This document shows positions 63,901 through 64,000 of a stretch of DNA of 64,000 bases, piece after piece. Numbering within the stretch: position 1 is the stretch's first letter; each line of letters opens with the position of its first letter. The stretch is from Octopus bimaculoides (Eukaryota): positions 49,035,118 through 49,099,117 of the forward strand of contig NC_068984.1 of assembly GCF_001194135.2 (NCBI RefSeq), read 5' to 3'. The notes under the pieces are model-generated. The model did no database searches. It saw only the letters and a program-made list of their open reading frames with translations, and had not been told where the DNA came from. The position numbers were made by a program, and so were the translations under genes.

Positions 63901-64000
63901 CCTCAGTCCATTGGGATGCCTGTGAGTGACTCTCTTCTGGACGCAATTCCATGACTTAAGCCATAACTAGGATCCGGGCAAGTGCTACTACTTCGGGTCA

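Overview
This is eukaryotic, AT-rich, microsatellite-saturated draft scaffold with many N gaps. The repeat families look like coleoid cephalopod (Octopus-type) DNA; that is an inference from recalled repeat motifs, with no search run. I found no confident host protein-coding exon, rRNA, true tRNA or CRISPR array, and almost every entry in the ORF track is a microsatellite or N-gap artefact. The window is a layered transposon deposit. It holds an uninterrupted Gag-like/zinc-knuckle LINE ORF1 running off the left edge (missed by the ORF track), about ten R4/Dong-clade LINE pieces mostly docked in (TAA)n arrays, Tx1-like and RTE-like LINE relics, two Penelope-like (GIY-YIG) relics, a TIR-complete Tc1 (DD34E) and a mariner fragment. 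It also holds a Helitron-type end, at least four tRNA-headed SINE families and several minimal type I hammerhead-ribozyme motifs. The most notable structure is a ~2.45 kb head-to-head palindrome (28561-31016). Each arm is a Pol III tRNA-like head, then (TAA)n carrying a Dong-like insertion, then a Penelope-type hammerhead tail. This is a candidate SINE/retrozyme hybrid mobilised by Penelope-like machinery.
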